A DNA stretch of 64,000 bases from the NCBI RefSeq assembly GCF_009914755.1, contig NC_060927.1; one strand, written 5' to 3'. Below, in pieces: positions 1 through 11,999 of the stretch; positions within the stretch are counted from its first letter, which is position 1, and every line of letters starts with the position of its first letter. This DNA is from the human T2T-CHM13v2.0 reference genome, Homo sapiens. The notes beneath the pieces were generated by a model. That model was not told the DNA's origin, did not search any database, and saw only the letters and a program-made list of their open reading frames with translations. Made by a program: the position numbers and the translations under genes.

Positions 1-59
1 GTGGATGAAAGAGGAAGGGGGTATGCTTGGGTGCAAGAGACCTAACCTAAAGATAGGGG

Positions 60-200
60 CTGGTTTTAGTCTTGGCTCTGCTGCAAACTTGCTACGTGGT
101 TTTAGGTAAGTCCCTTTTCATTGACAGTCATATCTTCTCTGCCTACTTCTCAAAGTGTGTGAAAATGGATATGAGAATATTTTCTAAGCCATGCCATGCT
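60..200 (+). mobile_element. MIR SINE relic
   Basis: Degenerate MIR core (ttttagtcttggctctgctgcaaacttgctacgtggttttaggtaagtccc); boundaries approximate. Confidence 0.45.
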
Positions 201-1850
201 ACATATTGCTAGGTGTCATTGTCCTTAAGCTCTGAATCACCCTTATTAAGAAAATAAGATTCTGGAATGAAGATGGCATGGGACTCCCTCATCCAGAGAC
301 ACAGGTCAGCAGGAATCCTGAATTCCCAGTCATCACCTTCCTGCATCTGCCCAGGCCCAGCTCCATGACCACCAAGCAGTGACAAGTGAAAACAGCAGAG
401 AGGAATAAGCCACTGTTCCTCAACTGATCAAAGGGCAAGTTAACACATGTTTGAATGTTATGGCTCACATGGCCTGCCTTAAGCCAGGTGGTCTAGGCAG
501 GTGGTCTTTGTGAAATGAAGGACCAAGTGGAGAGAGAAGACTCTCCAAGCCCAAGAGAGCCATGGTCTTCAGAACCAGCAATTTTTGACCCCAGGGAAGG
601 CATGAGAGCCCTCAGAAAGGTTTTACAAAGTGACATCCCCAGTTGCCTCCTTCTGAGATGGTGATAAGTCTCATATATGGCCCAAACATGGGGATTTTAA
701 AAAATCCAAGAACCCCAGCTCTAAGCAGCAGACCAGGACCATGTATGTGACTGGTGTCCAGAAGAAAGGGACCCCAGGGTAGGTCACTGAAGATATTATA
801 GGGTTACTGGGATTTGTAGACAGGATGAACCTGGGTGCCTGAGGGGATGAAGAAGGAGTCTGGGAGAGGGGACTGCAGGAGCAGGCTGGCAACTGGGTAG
901 ACCAAGAACAAAGCCTACAGGCCACCAGGAGGAAGGTATCCGAGCATCACTACCCCTTGAATAAAGACTGGAGGCTGGGGAAAGCCATACAGGGCAGCCC
1001 TGAACAACCCAGAGTATCAACATGATGGCACAGCTGATAAAGCCCGAAAAGGGCTCTTGGCAGGGAAAAGAGGGGCAGAAGCTGAAGACTGACTGTCTGG
1101 GTGTTATAGAAACAAACATCCCTGCAGCTAGCCAGCACCAGCTGGGTCCCTAGGTACTGTCTTAAGAATGCCAGGGGTACCACTACTGGTCCCAGCAGCA
1201 TGATCAAACCTGCAGGACTCCTATTTTCTGCTCAGGCCTACAAATTGGGGCTGGGAATGAGGATGCATGACTTTAACTGGGAATCTGTGTAGGTTTTCCA
1301 GAAGGCTCTCAGATCACCTATGACCATTCTAACTCTGGACATTGGCAGGGCCTTTACAACTCTAACAGAAGAACAGAACAGCTCTCGATGTGCCTGTCTT
1401 CCCATTTGGTGTCTCTCTGCAAGTTATGGCTGGTGATCCCACCAGCACTGCCTTAGGCTCTCCTCTTGTCAGACGCTTGCTGTCCTCTCCTTCCTGGCTG
1501 CTTCTTCATTCCTCCGCCCTCTCCAAGTGGGGACTTTTTTCTTTAGTAAAGAAAACCTACATGTAAATTCCTTCATGCCTGGAAACCCAGGGGACATTTT
1601 GAACCTTTCAACAGTTTCTGCACCTTTGTCAGCTTGAGCAGCTGAGATGAGCCACTTTATAAGCCTGGGGGAGTTGAGATGAAAAATTTGCAGGATTTGA
1701 AAGTGGAAAAAATACATCTAATTTAGCTCTTCTTGGAAAAAGAGGTTTTCGGGGCCTGCTTCCATCTCCCTTAGGGTTGCTGGTCCCAGCTCTGGGTTCC
1801 CCCTGCCTCCTCATCCTGAGCTGCTGAAAGAGAAGGTGAGGAACACAAGG

Positions 1851-1852
<2 letters not shown>

Positions 1853-1889
<37 letters not shown>
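1853..1889. repeat. (GT)18 microsatellite
   Basis: Perfect GT run read directly. Confidence 0.98.
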
Positions 1890-1892
<3 letters not shown>

Positions 1893-3403
1893 CCTCAGTG
1901 CTGGAAGCCACATTCAAGGGCACCAAGGAGCCCTCTCTGCTCTCTCAGTCCCATCAGCTATTGGCTGGTGAGAGGGAAACCACAGCCCAGATAGCCTCCT
2001 CTCAAGCTCCAGGGAGACCGGCTGTGTTCAGGGCCAGGGGAGGCCAGGGTCATTAACACCGCAGCCCTGTAACATGAGCTTCATAATAGGATTTCCCAAC
2101 AGGCTACTTCATTTAGAAACCTCTCGGGCCTCCTCTGCTCCCCATGGCGGCCCTACCCAGCGACCCCCAGAGAGGAATCAGATGTAATTGGCTGTCTGTA
2201 ATTGACTGTGACACCGGCATGAGCAACAGCACAGGGAGCTGGAAGGATGCCCCTCTGCAGCATGGACTCCAGGATGCTGGGCTCTGGAGGCGGCAGAGGA
2301 TGGCAAGCGGGAGTTCTGGGTTCCAAACCCCCTTGTGCTCTGCATAATGATCCTTTCTGCCTTTGAGACACAGGGCTAGAAGCACCCAAATTCCACTAGT
2401 GTTGAGCAAATAATCCTGAGTCTTCCAGGCCAATGTTAGAGCTACTGATCATGATTTGGCAGCGTCCCATGCATGAGAGCTGCCCTAGGTGGATTTTGTT
2501 TGAACTTGGTCATCCATGACTTAATATATATGTATTATCAAAGATGATGACAGAGACATCATATGGTTATTACTGAGGTGGGGTGGGTAGTGGGAACATC
2601 ACCACGTCAGGAGTCCAATAGGGGCCCTAATGCCATCGTTTTCTTCACCAACGTCTTCCCATGAAGACCTCTGGGGTCTGAAACTGCTGGAGTGAGTGGT
2701 ATGGAGATGCTGAGAGACTGCCTCATTTATCCAGAGAGGGGTCCGCCAGGAGCATTTCTGGGCACCAGTCTAGAGAGCCATGGCTAGTTAATGTTAGCAC
2801 TGGGATTAGAACTCAGGTCTAGGGAGGCCACTATCTGCCTCCACTTCTGAGACTGGCTTTTGCTAAAAATAACCATCCTTTAAAGCACACCATGTGTTTT
2901 CAGGAATATCGAACTTCTGTCAACTGTCTCTCACAAATGACCCTCTCTCTTGTGTTTTTATACCTTATTTCTTCTTGGGGTTCTGGTGGCTCTGTGGTTA
3001 CACATTTCTGCACTGTCCCTCTGCACAGGACTCCATGTCCACTATCACCACCTCCTTTTTAATCCCTCTAGGGGCAGCTCCATCTCTCCAGAGAGCTCTG
3101 ACATGTTAAGCTGCTTATGAACCAGCAGATAATACACAGCCCCTCAGAGGGCAATCTGAGGCTCACCAGGGAAGAAAAGGCTCTGAGGCTTTGTGCTTAC
3201 AGGAAAGGGCAGAGGGAAGGAAGGGAGCTGTGGACTGGGGGATTGTGTTTCTCTTATTTGTATCAAGGACCCTGCATGGGCCTGTGAGGGCTGTATCCCA
3301 GCTCAGTCAGGGCTGTTGTCAGACTTATCCTTTGCTTTTGGTCCCCATCTCTTGCTGTGGCTGGACAGTCCCTTCCTGCAGAATTTGAGCACAAACATCT
3401 GCA

Positions 3404-3405
<2 letters not shown>

Positions 3406-3443
<38 letters not shown>
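3406..3443. repeat. poly(T)38 tract
   Basis: Uninterrupted T run with no adjacent Alu/L1 body. Confidence 0.97.
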
Positions 3444-3445
<2 letters not shown>

Positions 3446-4699
3446 ATGGACGGAGACTCACCACTTTTCAGTTTGAAAGATGGAGATGAAAAATTATACT
3501 GAATCCAAGCCTGCCTGCAGTGGAGTCTTTTGGTTCTGGGCCCTTAGGAGCCCTGAGAGATCTGAGTTCTGTTTCCACTGCTTTGGGCCATTGATGAGTT
3601 GAATTGATAGGGCCTTAAGACCTGGGTCTCAGGTCTCCCTCAGTGCAGTAGGGTGAAGAAGACTGGAAAGAGTAACTTGAGGGCTGTTGCAAATGGAGAA
3701 GGAATGCACCTCAAACACTGGCAAACCACCCAGGAACAAGCCTTATTTTGCCAACAGGTCTTTGACAGGCATGTTGAGAGAGGTGCAACCTTGCCTTTCC
3801 CTACAGGCTGTAAATGTTCAGGCTAAACAAAGAGCTTGAGTGCTAGTTACCTGGCAAGGCAGTTGAGCCCCCATTTTTGTTTCAAGGGCCTGTTAATAAT
3901 ACTGAGAAGGCAAAGTCTGGGGAGATGTGGTTTAGTCCAGAAGAGTATGGCTGGGTATGTTTTGGGTCCCAGAAGCTATCCATAAGACAGAGAGTATCTC
4001 ATCTTCCTTTGTACCCACCTAGCCTGCTGCAGGATGAGTCTGTGAAGCTGCAAGTGTGTTCGACTCATCCTCTTGTGTATGTATGACCAGGGAGGTCAGG
4101 AAGAAATGAGCTTAGCTACAATAGGCCCCTGGAGAGGCTGGTGAGAAGGAGGCGTTGTTGAGAGCCTCAGGAAGCCTCTTGAAATCACTGGGCATAAATT
4201 TGGGCCAGCAAGGCCAAACCCAGCCCTGATGAATCTTTTCATTGAGGATAGGACCTAGTTCATTAGAAAGGCTGCAGAATGAAATAGGCATTTTGGTTTC
4301 TGGCTTTTCCCTGGCCTCTGTCTGGAGTAGACTACTCAGCTTCAGGGTCTCTACATCAGCACACCACACATTCCTGGTCAGAGCTGGAGTCACTGGGTCT
4401 TAGGGTATGGTCCTTGGAGGCCCACTCTGATCATTTCTTTGCAGGCCTCAGCAGTTATGGCCTTCTCCTTCCTCATTCAAATTGGATTCCACTCTTTAGG
4501 TCATGCGGGTTGGATGGTCCCATGTCTTTTCTTTCTTCAGCTACTTATTGGGCACCAACTGGTACTGGGCCCTGTATGCTTATATATGAGATTCAGCATT
4601 TTTCTTCCAGGAATATGCTGCATTCTTAGCTCTTAGAAAGTGTTCACAATGTCCAGAGGATGCTGTGGCTGCAAGTGGTGCTGTTGCTCTGGAGAACCT

Positions 4700-4920
4700 G
4701 ATGGAGCATGGCCACATCCGGCTAGATAAAGCCTCGAAGGACAGCGAGTCAAGCACACCCCATGACCCCACTTTGCTCTTCCACAGTGGTCCTCAGCCTA
4801 ATTTTAGACACTTCCAGGGATGGAACACCGTTACTTCCGAAGGAAGCCTGGTTAATTTCTGAACCTTTCTTCCTTGGGGTGGAACTTTTATACAAATCTC
4901 CACTCATGCAATTTACCTTT
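4700..4920 (-). mobile_element. L3/CR1 (or MIR3-like) ancient relic
   Basis: acacttccagggatggaacaccgttacttccgaaggaagcc resembles the L3 3' region as I recall it (acctccagtgatggggagctcactacctcccgaggcagccc). Confidence 0.4.
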
Positions 4921-5665
4921 TTTTGTTGTTACTAAAAACATTTTGAACAGGTAATATATGTGAAAGGTCAGTTTCCCTCCACTCTGGTTGTCATCAGTCT
5001 CTCTCATTGTCAGTTTCTAATATTCTCTTGCAGAGAGTCGATGGATTTGTACACTCTTCCCCCTTGCATAGGGGCACACTACAGAGGACTTTGCACCTAG
5101 TTTCCCCACATCTCTTCTCAGTTAACACTGAAGTTTAACAGTAGTTTGGTTATATTACATATAGATCTGCCTCATTCTTTCCAATGAGTGTTATTATTTC
5201 ATTGCATGGATATATTTTACTTAATTGGTCATTTATATACATTTAGATTGTTTTCTCTCTTTTGCTGTTTCTGAACAATGTTGCAACAGATATCCTTGTG
5301 CATCAGTCTTTGCACCTATATGTGAGTATATCTGTGAGAAAAATTAATTTATTTATTCAATGAATACTTATTGAGGATTTTCTATATGCCAAGCACTTTT
5401 CTAAGCACTAAGAATGCAGTAAATTCTCAGAAGTAAAATTGCTGAATAAGAATATATAAATTTTTAATTTTGGTAGATATTCCCAAATTGTCCTCCCCAA
5501 AAAGGCATTTTCTACCAATTTTTGTTCCCACCAGCAGTGTTTGAGAGTTCCTGTTCCCTATACCTTTGCCAAGATAATAAAATATCAATCATTTTTATCT
5601 TTGCCGATCTGAGAGGTGAAAAATGGCATCCCATTGTTGTTACCATTTGCATTTGACTTTGCAAA
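4920..5665 (-). mobile_element. Old L1ME-type 3' fragment, with a short L2 3'-end piece at ~5345-5420
   Basis: Antisense L1M 3'UTR phrases (ttattatttcattgcatggatatatt; ttcccaccagcagtgtttgagagttcctgtt; ggcatcccattgttg). Internal atttattcaatgaatacttattgagg is an L2 tail. Confidence 0.65.
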
Positions 5666-6519
5666 GTTCCATAAACTGCCCTGTTCAGGAACTGAGACTC
5701 AAGCATTCCAGTAGAATGCATTAAGTTGGGTGTGTTTGTGTGCTGCAGGTGGTTCGGGTATGGTCTGTCCTTCACTCTCTTCTGTCCCATTCCCTCCAAC
5801 CCTGCATCATCCTCTGTATGTACTCTTTGCCCATCTCTAGTATCAGGACATTTTGACACGTGCCTCCCACCGATTTTGGCACTTCCCAAGCTGTGGTAGG
5901 TGAAATGTCTGTAGATGGGACAGGACAAGTGCAGGTGCTTGACGCTGGAAGACCACCCCATTCTCACAGTCCAGTCTCAGGAAGGCCGAATCTGCCTGGT
6001 TTGCTAAGAAACACACTTTGCTTCTCCCATCTGTCTCCTTCTGCCCCTGGGCCTGTGTCAGGGCTTCCTGCCCTGCCGCATGCATCTCTCAGCTCTCACC
6101 CTTTGGCCCTTCACCCCACATCCTTTCCTTTAATTTTCCCAGCTTACCTCTGGGGCCTCTAGCCTCAGCTCACCATGTTGACACCTCCATAGCCCCGCCT
6201 TCCTAGATCGCCAGCCCTCTGCCCTCCCCTCCTCCTGCCCCCTCTTCATTTCTTCAGCCTTCACCAGACCTGCCACCCCTTCCCCAGCAGCCCCAAATCA
6301 GTCTCATCCCCTTCCCTGACCAGGTGTCTACCCTCTACTGGAGCATACACCTTCCACTCTGCTGAAGCCCAGGTCTTGTCTCTGCCAGGGGTGTTGGCTC
6401 AGCTCTGGGCTGTTGCTTGCTGCAGCTATGCATATGTCTGTTTGGTTTTTGTCCCCCTGCTCTGTGGCAGCTCTTTCTATCTGGGGCCATGCACTCCCTA
6501 CTTCTCTTACTTACCTCAG

Positions 6520-6646
6520 TTTCCCTTTCCCCTCCCTTCCCCTCCTCTCCCTTCTTATACCTTCTCTTGCTCCTTCCTTCCTTCCTTCCTTCCTTCCTTC
6601 CTTCCTTCCTTCCTTCCTTCCTTCCTTCCTTCTTCCTTCTTCTTCT
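6520..6646. repeat. Polypyrimidine tract with (CCTT)n array (~6570-6636)
   Basis: Direct reading: long (ttcc) run within a C/T-rich tract. Confidence 0.95.
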
Positions 6647-6664
6647 GTACTTTTGTTTTAAAGT

Positions 6665-6785
6665 GAAAATATTCATGTTAAAAAGTGAGTTAATTTAAAG
6701 AAAAATAATGAATAATAATAATACATTTAAAACCTGCCACATATAAGTATGGCAAAAAGGAATAAAGATAATAGGCAAACAGCTG
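6665..6785 (+). mobile_element. Possible hAT-Charlie (Charlie18a-like) fragment
   Basis: aaaaagtgagttaatttaaagaaaaataat...gtatggcaaaaa resembles the Charlie18a end as recalled. Confidence 0.35.
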
Positions 6786-6974
6786 ATATTTGAAAAGAAT
6801 GCTGATGCTCTGTTTACCTGGGCTAGGAGAGCAGCTTATGCACTCTTCAGTGTAGCCCCACATTCCACTGCCACTGATGGTTGTATGATGGTTATAACCT
6901 GGGTATGGAGCACACTTCTGGATTGGCTTCCATCTTGTGTCGAAATGCTAATACAGTGTGGCTGTCATTTATAA

Positions 6975-7150
6975 AGCAGTGACGGTGTGCTAGATGCTCT
7001 GCCAAATTCTTTTTCTGCATTAACTCTTAAATCCTCACAGAGCTTTATGAGGTACATGTGATTATTAGCCTCATTTTTCCATTGAAGATACCGAGGCACC
7101 GAGAAGGTAAGTAATTTTCTCAAGATCATACAACACAGGACTTGGAGGTT
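6975..7150 (-). mobile_element. MIR SINE
   Basis: ttaactcttaaatcctcacagagctttatgagg...cattttt...gaggcaccgagaaggtaagtaattttctcaagatcataca is the antisense MIR core. Confidence 0.8.
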
Positions 7151-8864
7151 CTGCTGGTAACCACTATTCTCTATGCCTCCCAAGCTAAAGAAGAGCCAAG
7201 ATTTGTAATTTTTGATGGGAGTTGGCATCAGCATTCCGTTTGGACTAAGATGTAAGCCTTCACTAACATGCACAAAGAAAAGTCATCAGAATTTGATCTA
7301 CATTTGGGGACTTCACGGATAGTGTTCATTTCCCATTGGTAAGGGATGAACCAGGAAGTTCATGGAGTGATCATATTCACCAGTGAGAGTGAACTGAAGT
7401 CACTGTCACTGCACCTGTCACCTGCATCATCATGCCCAGCTCACATTCCCGTTCCTCTACTCCCTAAGCTCCTCAGGGGCAGTGGCCATGCCTGATGCAT
7501 CTCTGAATCCCTACTTGCTCTGTGCCATCTGTTAAATGAAAACAGAACAAAACACACTGAAAACAAAATTTGTGGAAGGAGAATATGAGCTGAGAAGGGA
7601 GAGTCTTTGCATTAGGATGTATAAGAAAATATCCCAGCAGCATTGAGTAGAGGGAGCTCCGAAGAAACTGGGGAGGAATCGGGCACAAGGCATGCACTTG
7701 TGGAAGTGATGATGGCAGAACCAGATGGAGGCAGTAACCAGTGATGGCAGAGGCCTTGTCTGTCTGTTGTCCAATATAGTGACACATTGTGCACAAACAT
7801 ACAGAACAAAAACAACAGAATGGTCGCAAGCCCATACGTTATGAAACTCACTAAAAGTTGGTGATAATGTCTCAGTTTGACAGAGGACATAAGGTCAGTG
7901 CAACGTGTGTATTTCAAGTGGGAAATGACAATCTGCTCTTTGCACAAGATGGATAGAGCTTCTCATTGAAATTGTATGGAATATGCAAGAACTCTGCCAA
8001 ATCATGAACTTGGCAAAAATGTGCCTGTTCTGGGAATTAGGCGATTTCAGGGCTTCCATTTGGTTTCTGGGTCTGTCACACACATGCCCACATGGATCTG
8101 AATGTGGAGGCCCTTGTGACTTCAGGCTTTGCTTTGCTTTTCTCACTGGCTCTGTTTGTCTTTTCCCTCTGCATCTTTGGTCAAATTTGTCTACTCTATT
8201 TTCTCTTCTTTTCCTCCATTTATTCCGTTCTCTTGTCTGTCTTCTCTCTAGACTTGTTTCGAAAAGAGGGAAAAGAAACATACATTTCATTGATAGAATT
8301 TTAATGAGTGAATGGCTATTTCCATTCATTGTTTTTATTTTGTCTCTAGGAGTCTGTCTTGATGCGAATTGCAATTTTAAAAATGAACTCTTTTAATAGT
8401 AAAATACAGGAAATCAATGATTATCATTGAATCAATAGCAAATATTACAAGTGATTTTGTCATCAAAATGATTAATAATCACACATTTTGATAAAAGATC
8501 ATTAATTAAAAAGAACAGTAGCTTTTAAAAATTTTAAACTGTCTTTGTAGGATGCCTTCCTTCTTCAGTCTCATTATTTTTCTGGAGCATTCTTTGCTTC
8601 CTTCACCTTCTTCAGCCCCATTCTTGATTACTCTTGGCTTATGAGAATTATTTCAAGCCTCCCTTTTCTTCTAACATATTTTGAATCTTTCATTCCAGAT
8701 ACTCATTAAGAACCAGTAGCCAAAGCTGTTCATTGTTGAATTTTACATACCTGATGAGAGTGACTGCTTCCACCTTGCAGGATGACATGTTCCTTCCCCT
8801 GCTCTACCTACCCTGCCTATCTCTGCCTACCTACCCTGCCCACTTCTCTAAGAGTTTCCTCTAG

Positions 8865-9025
8865 GGCCAGGCGAGGTGGCTCATGCCTGTAGTCCCAGCA
8901 CTTTGAGAGGCCATGGTAGGAGGACTGCTTCAGCCCCGGAGTTCGAGGCTGAAGTGAGCTATGATAGTGCCACTGTACTCCTCCCGCCTGGGTGACAGAG
9001 TGAGACCCTGTCTCTAAAAAGAAAG
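8865..9025 (+). mobile_element. Free Alu monomer (FRAM-like) with TSD
   Basis: Single arm ggccaggcgaggtggctcatgcctgtagtccc...gagtgagaccctgtctctaaaaa. Flanked by agagtttcctcta (8851-8863) and agaatttcctcta (9026-9038). Confidence 0.88.
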
Positions 9026-10780
9026 AGAATTTCCTCTAATAAAAACAATTATTTTGGAGAGTGTTTTATCTGTGGAGATTGATTTTTTCAGTCATTTTCT
9101 CTCTGACCCACATCAAAGGGTCGACTACCCTTCTGCCCGCTTGTAGAGAGAGCCTAAATTCGAGTTAACCATGTCTAAGCAGTGCAGCAGCCCTCCCGCC
9201 CCCACCTCCACCTTGAGGACCTTCTGCAGCCCTGGAGGCTACCGATTGACTACTCAGAGAGCTCATAGCCTCAGTGCACAAATCACACTGACTTGGACAT
9301 CCACACAACCACTTCTTTGGGAGGCAGAAGTGCCTGCATCTGCGCATCCCAGGGGTTGGTGGCCTTGACTCTCTGATCTGCTTCCCCAGTGGCCAGGCCT
9401 CTTCAGATCTTTTCCCATCTCCTGCCTTCCCTGCCTGTAGCTGTGCACTGGCCCTTCCTTTCAGGCCACAAAGAGCTCTGTAGACAGAAGCTGTGTGCTG
9501 TTTGCCAACACTGCACTGGGTACACAGAGGGGCAAGGGAGAGGCCATCTGCTCGCTCCTTTCACACAGACCTTTGCTTTCTCCCTTTCACTCTCCTCCTT
9601 CTCTCTGTCTTTGAATGAGAATACAAAAATTTTTTAAAAGCAGTTGCTAATTAGAGCAAGAGAATGAGAGTGAGCCTGGAAGAGAGACACAACAGAGAGG
9701 CCAGCCCCCGTGCAAATCAGCTGGCTTTTAAGAGCCAGTGAGGAAAGGGACAAGGAGGGGGCCTTGAAGGGGCTTGGGAAGGATATTATGACAAAATAAG
9801 CAACAAAGCTTCTTCAGAATGGCAAAGAGGGCTTTGTCTTAACCTCCTATCATAAAAGGGGAGGAAACAAGAAATGACAGAGAGTTTCTTGTGAACTCCC
9901 TCTGCAAGCCTCCACCTACCCTGGCTCTTCTTGTCTTTTTTACTCACTCAATAGCCCAGTAAACAATAGTCTCTATTTAGGGACATTTAAGTGTATCCTT
10001 TTATTGATAATTTTTGTTCTGGCTGATAGAGAGTGAGCAATTGGTGGCTTCTCTTCCCAGGCAGGGCTGGCTTCCCCAGGCAGGGAGCTTGCCCATGCAG
10101 GAGCAGCTAAGTCACCAGGAAGCCCCAGCTTGGAAAATATGTCCCGACAAGTCAAGACTTTCTTTCAGGATTTTGCCCCCATCACTCTATCCTATTCTTG
10201 GTTCACCTAGTGATTTCTTTTCCCATCTGCATTCCTGCCATTCTGTTTGCCCAGAGCAACCCTGATGTACGGTGCTGAAGTGCTTGCCCAGTGCATGGCC
10301 AGGGGAATGGCAGTCAGTGTTAGAACAGGGCCCCGCTCTGGCCCTGAGTTCTGAAAACCCACTCATGCTCAAGAAGGTTCTGGCCACCACAGCAACCAGG
10401 GATGGGGGCACCTGCATGGCAGCTGTGCCATGGCTTAGAATAGAGCTGCCTTGTCCTTTATTCAACCAGCCTCACTCTAAAGGCTGGGAGGTCCCAGAAA
10501 GACCAACTTTGGAGAGCTGTGAGGCAGAGGGAGGGACACATGGTGAAAAGACTCCTCTAGAGATGCATTTTCTTCAGGCATGAGATGAATGGACTGATGG
10601 CCCAGATATATAAAGACTTTTAAGTAAGTGCTATGCACATTGAAAAACTTGGGTCATTTTCTGATTTCATGGAGTGTAAAAAAATGAAAATGGAGTGGTG
10701 GAAGCCTCATCACAACACACATTGGTACTAACTAGTCAGGGAGGAAGAAAGGAAAAGGAAATAGAACCTGGGAAGACACA

Positions 10781-11217
10781 TGCTATGGTCTGAATGTGTC
10801 CCCCAAAAGTTCATGGGTTTGAAACTTGGTCCTCAATGCAGCAGTGTTGAGAGATAGGACCTTTGCTAGGTGATTGGATCATGAGAGCTCTGCACTCATG
10901 AATGAATTAATCCATTCATGGATTAATGAGTTATCAAGGGAGTGGGTTAGCTGTTACTAGAGTGGATCTTATAATAGTTATATTACAATGGTTGTATTGT
11001 TACCATTTGGCCATCTCTCTTGAGTCCCTCACCATGTGATGCCCTGCACCACTTCAGGGCTCTGCAGAGTCCCCACCAGCAAGAAGGCCCTCACCAGATG
11101 TAGCACCTTGACCTTGGAACTCCCAGCCTTCAGAACTGTAAGAAATAAATTGCTTTTTCTTTATTAATTACCTAGTCTCAGGTTTTTAGTTATAACAACA
11201 GAAAATGGACTAAGACA
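10781..11217 (+). mobile_element. MaLR solo LTR (MSTC/MSTD-like)
   Basis: Starts tgctatggtctgaatgtgtcccc and ends gaaaatggactaagaca; internal cccagccttcagaactgtaagaaataaa is typical of MST/MLT1. Confidence 0.88.
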
Positions 11218-11233
11218 AAAGGATGATAATTGA

Positions 11234-11464
11234 TTTATCCTCTTTCACTGGTGACTTTTTAAGGTGATGGATGCACATGAGAAGAATATCCCACTGGAGT
11301 CTGTTGGAAAACATCTGCTCATTCTAAGATGAGGTCTCAAAGTGGACTTTTCAGGAGTCCACACTCAGTGGACCTGTCTCTAACACACAGGTGTGTTTCC
11401 CTGAACCCTCAGTGCAGTCTATCTTGGCCCTGTCCAAGGACCTCTCTAGAAAACAAGGACATGA
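11234..11464 (+). repeat. Source segment of a local direct duplication (copy at 13162-13392)
   Basis: 231 bp aligned by eye at offset 1928, 12 mismatches, no gaps (~95%). Confidence 0.95.
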
Positions 11465-11524
11465 GTCCATTTGCCATGCAACTAGCCAGGGTGGAAAAAG
11501 CTGTAGAGAAAACAGCCATAGAAG

Positions 11525-11730
11525 TATAGTTTTAAGAGCTGGCAGCTTGAGTTGTTGAATCCTGGCTCTGTGTTTATTAATGGAGTGACTTGTCTGGGCC
11601 TCAGTATGTTAAATGATGACATAACAGCACTGAGCTCATGTTTGCTGTGAAGAGTTTATGAGAATCTGCATGTGTAGAGCTGAGCAAAAGTCTTGACACC
11701 TTGCAAAGGTTTAAAAATGGATGTTGATGT
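11525..11730 (+). mobile_element. MIR SINE
   Basis: ttgaatcctggctctg...gtgacttg...gggcctcagt...tgctgtgaagagtt MIR pattern. Confidence 0.65.
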
Positions 11731-11999
11731 CAACATTTTTATTATTAAACAAGCCAGGAGGTAATTTTCTATCTTTGGGTGAACCATATATGAATTGTGG
11801 GAAGAATGTAGAAAATTTAAAGAGATCCAGTAAATATCAAGAAGGCTTAGACAACATGATCTGGTTCATACGTATATAAAATATTTTAAAGTAAATTCCC
11901 TGAAGATAGTGGAAACCATCCATCTAGTCATAAATAGCTATGGGTTTGTCCAGTTTATTACTGCAAGATTAAATTGGTTTTTGTTAGTTAACATTTTTT

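Noticed and set aside
3406-3443. Poly(T)38 as a retroposed tail
   Set aside because: No attached element body or convincing TSD.
6335-6698. ORFs with EGRK / PSFL repeats
   Set aside because: Translations of the (CCTT)n microsatellite.
7895-8396. Overlapping 159- and 137-aa ORFs
   Set aside because: Driven by a low-complexity pyrimidine tract; no recognisable domain.
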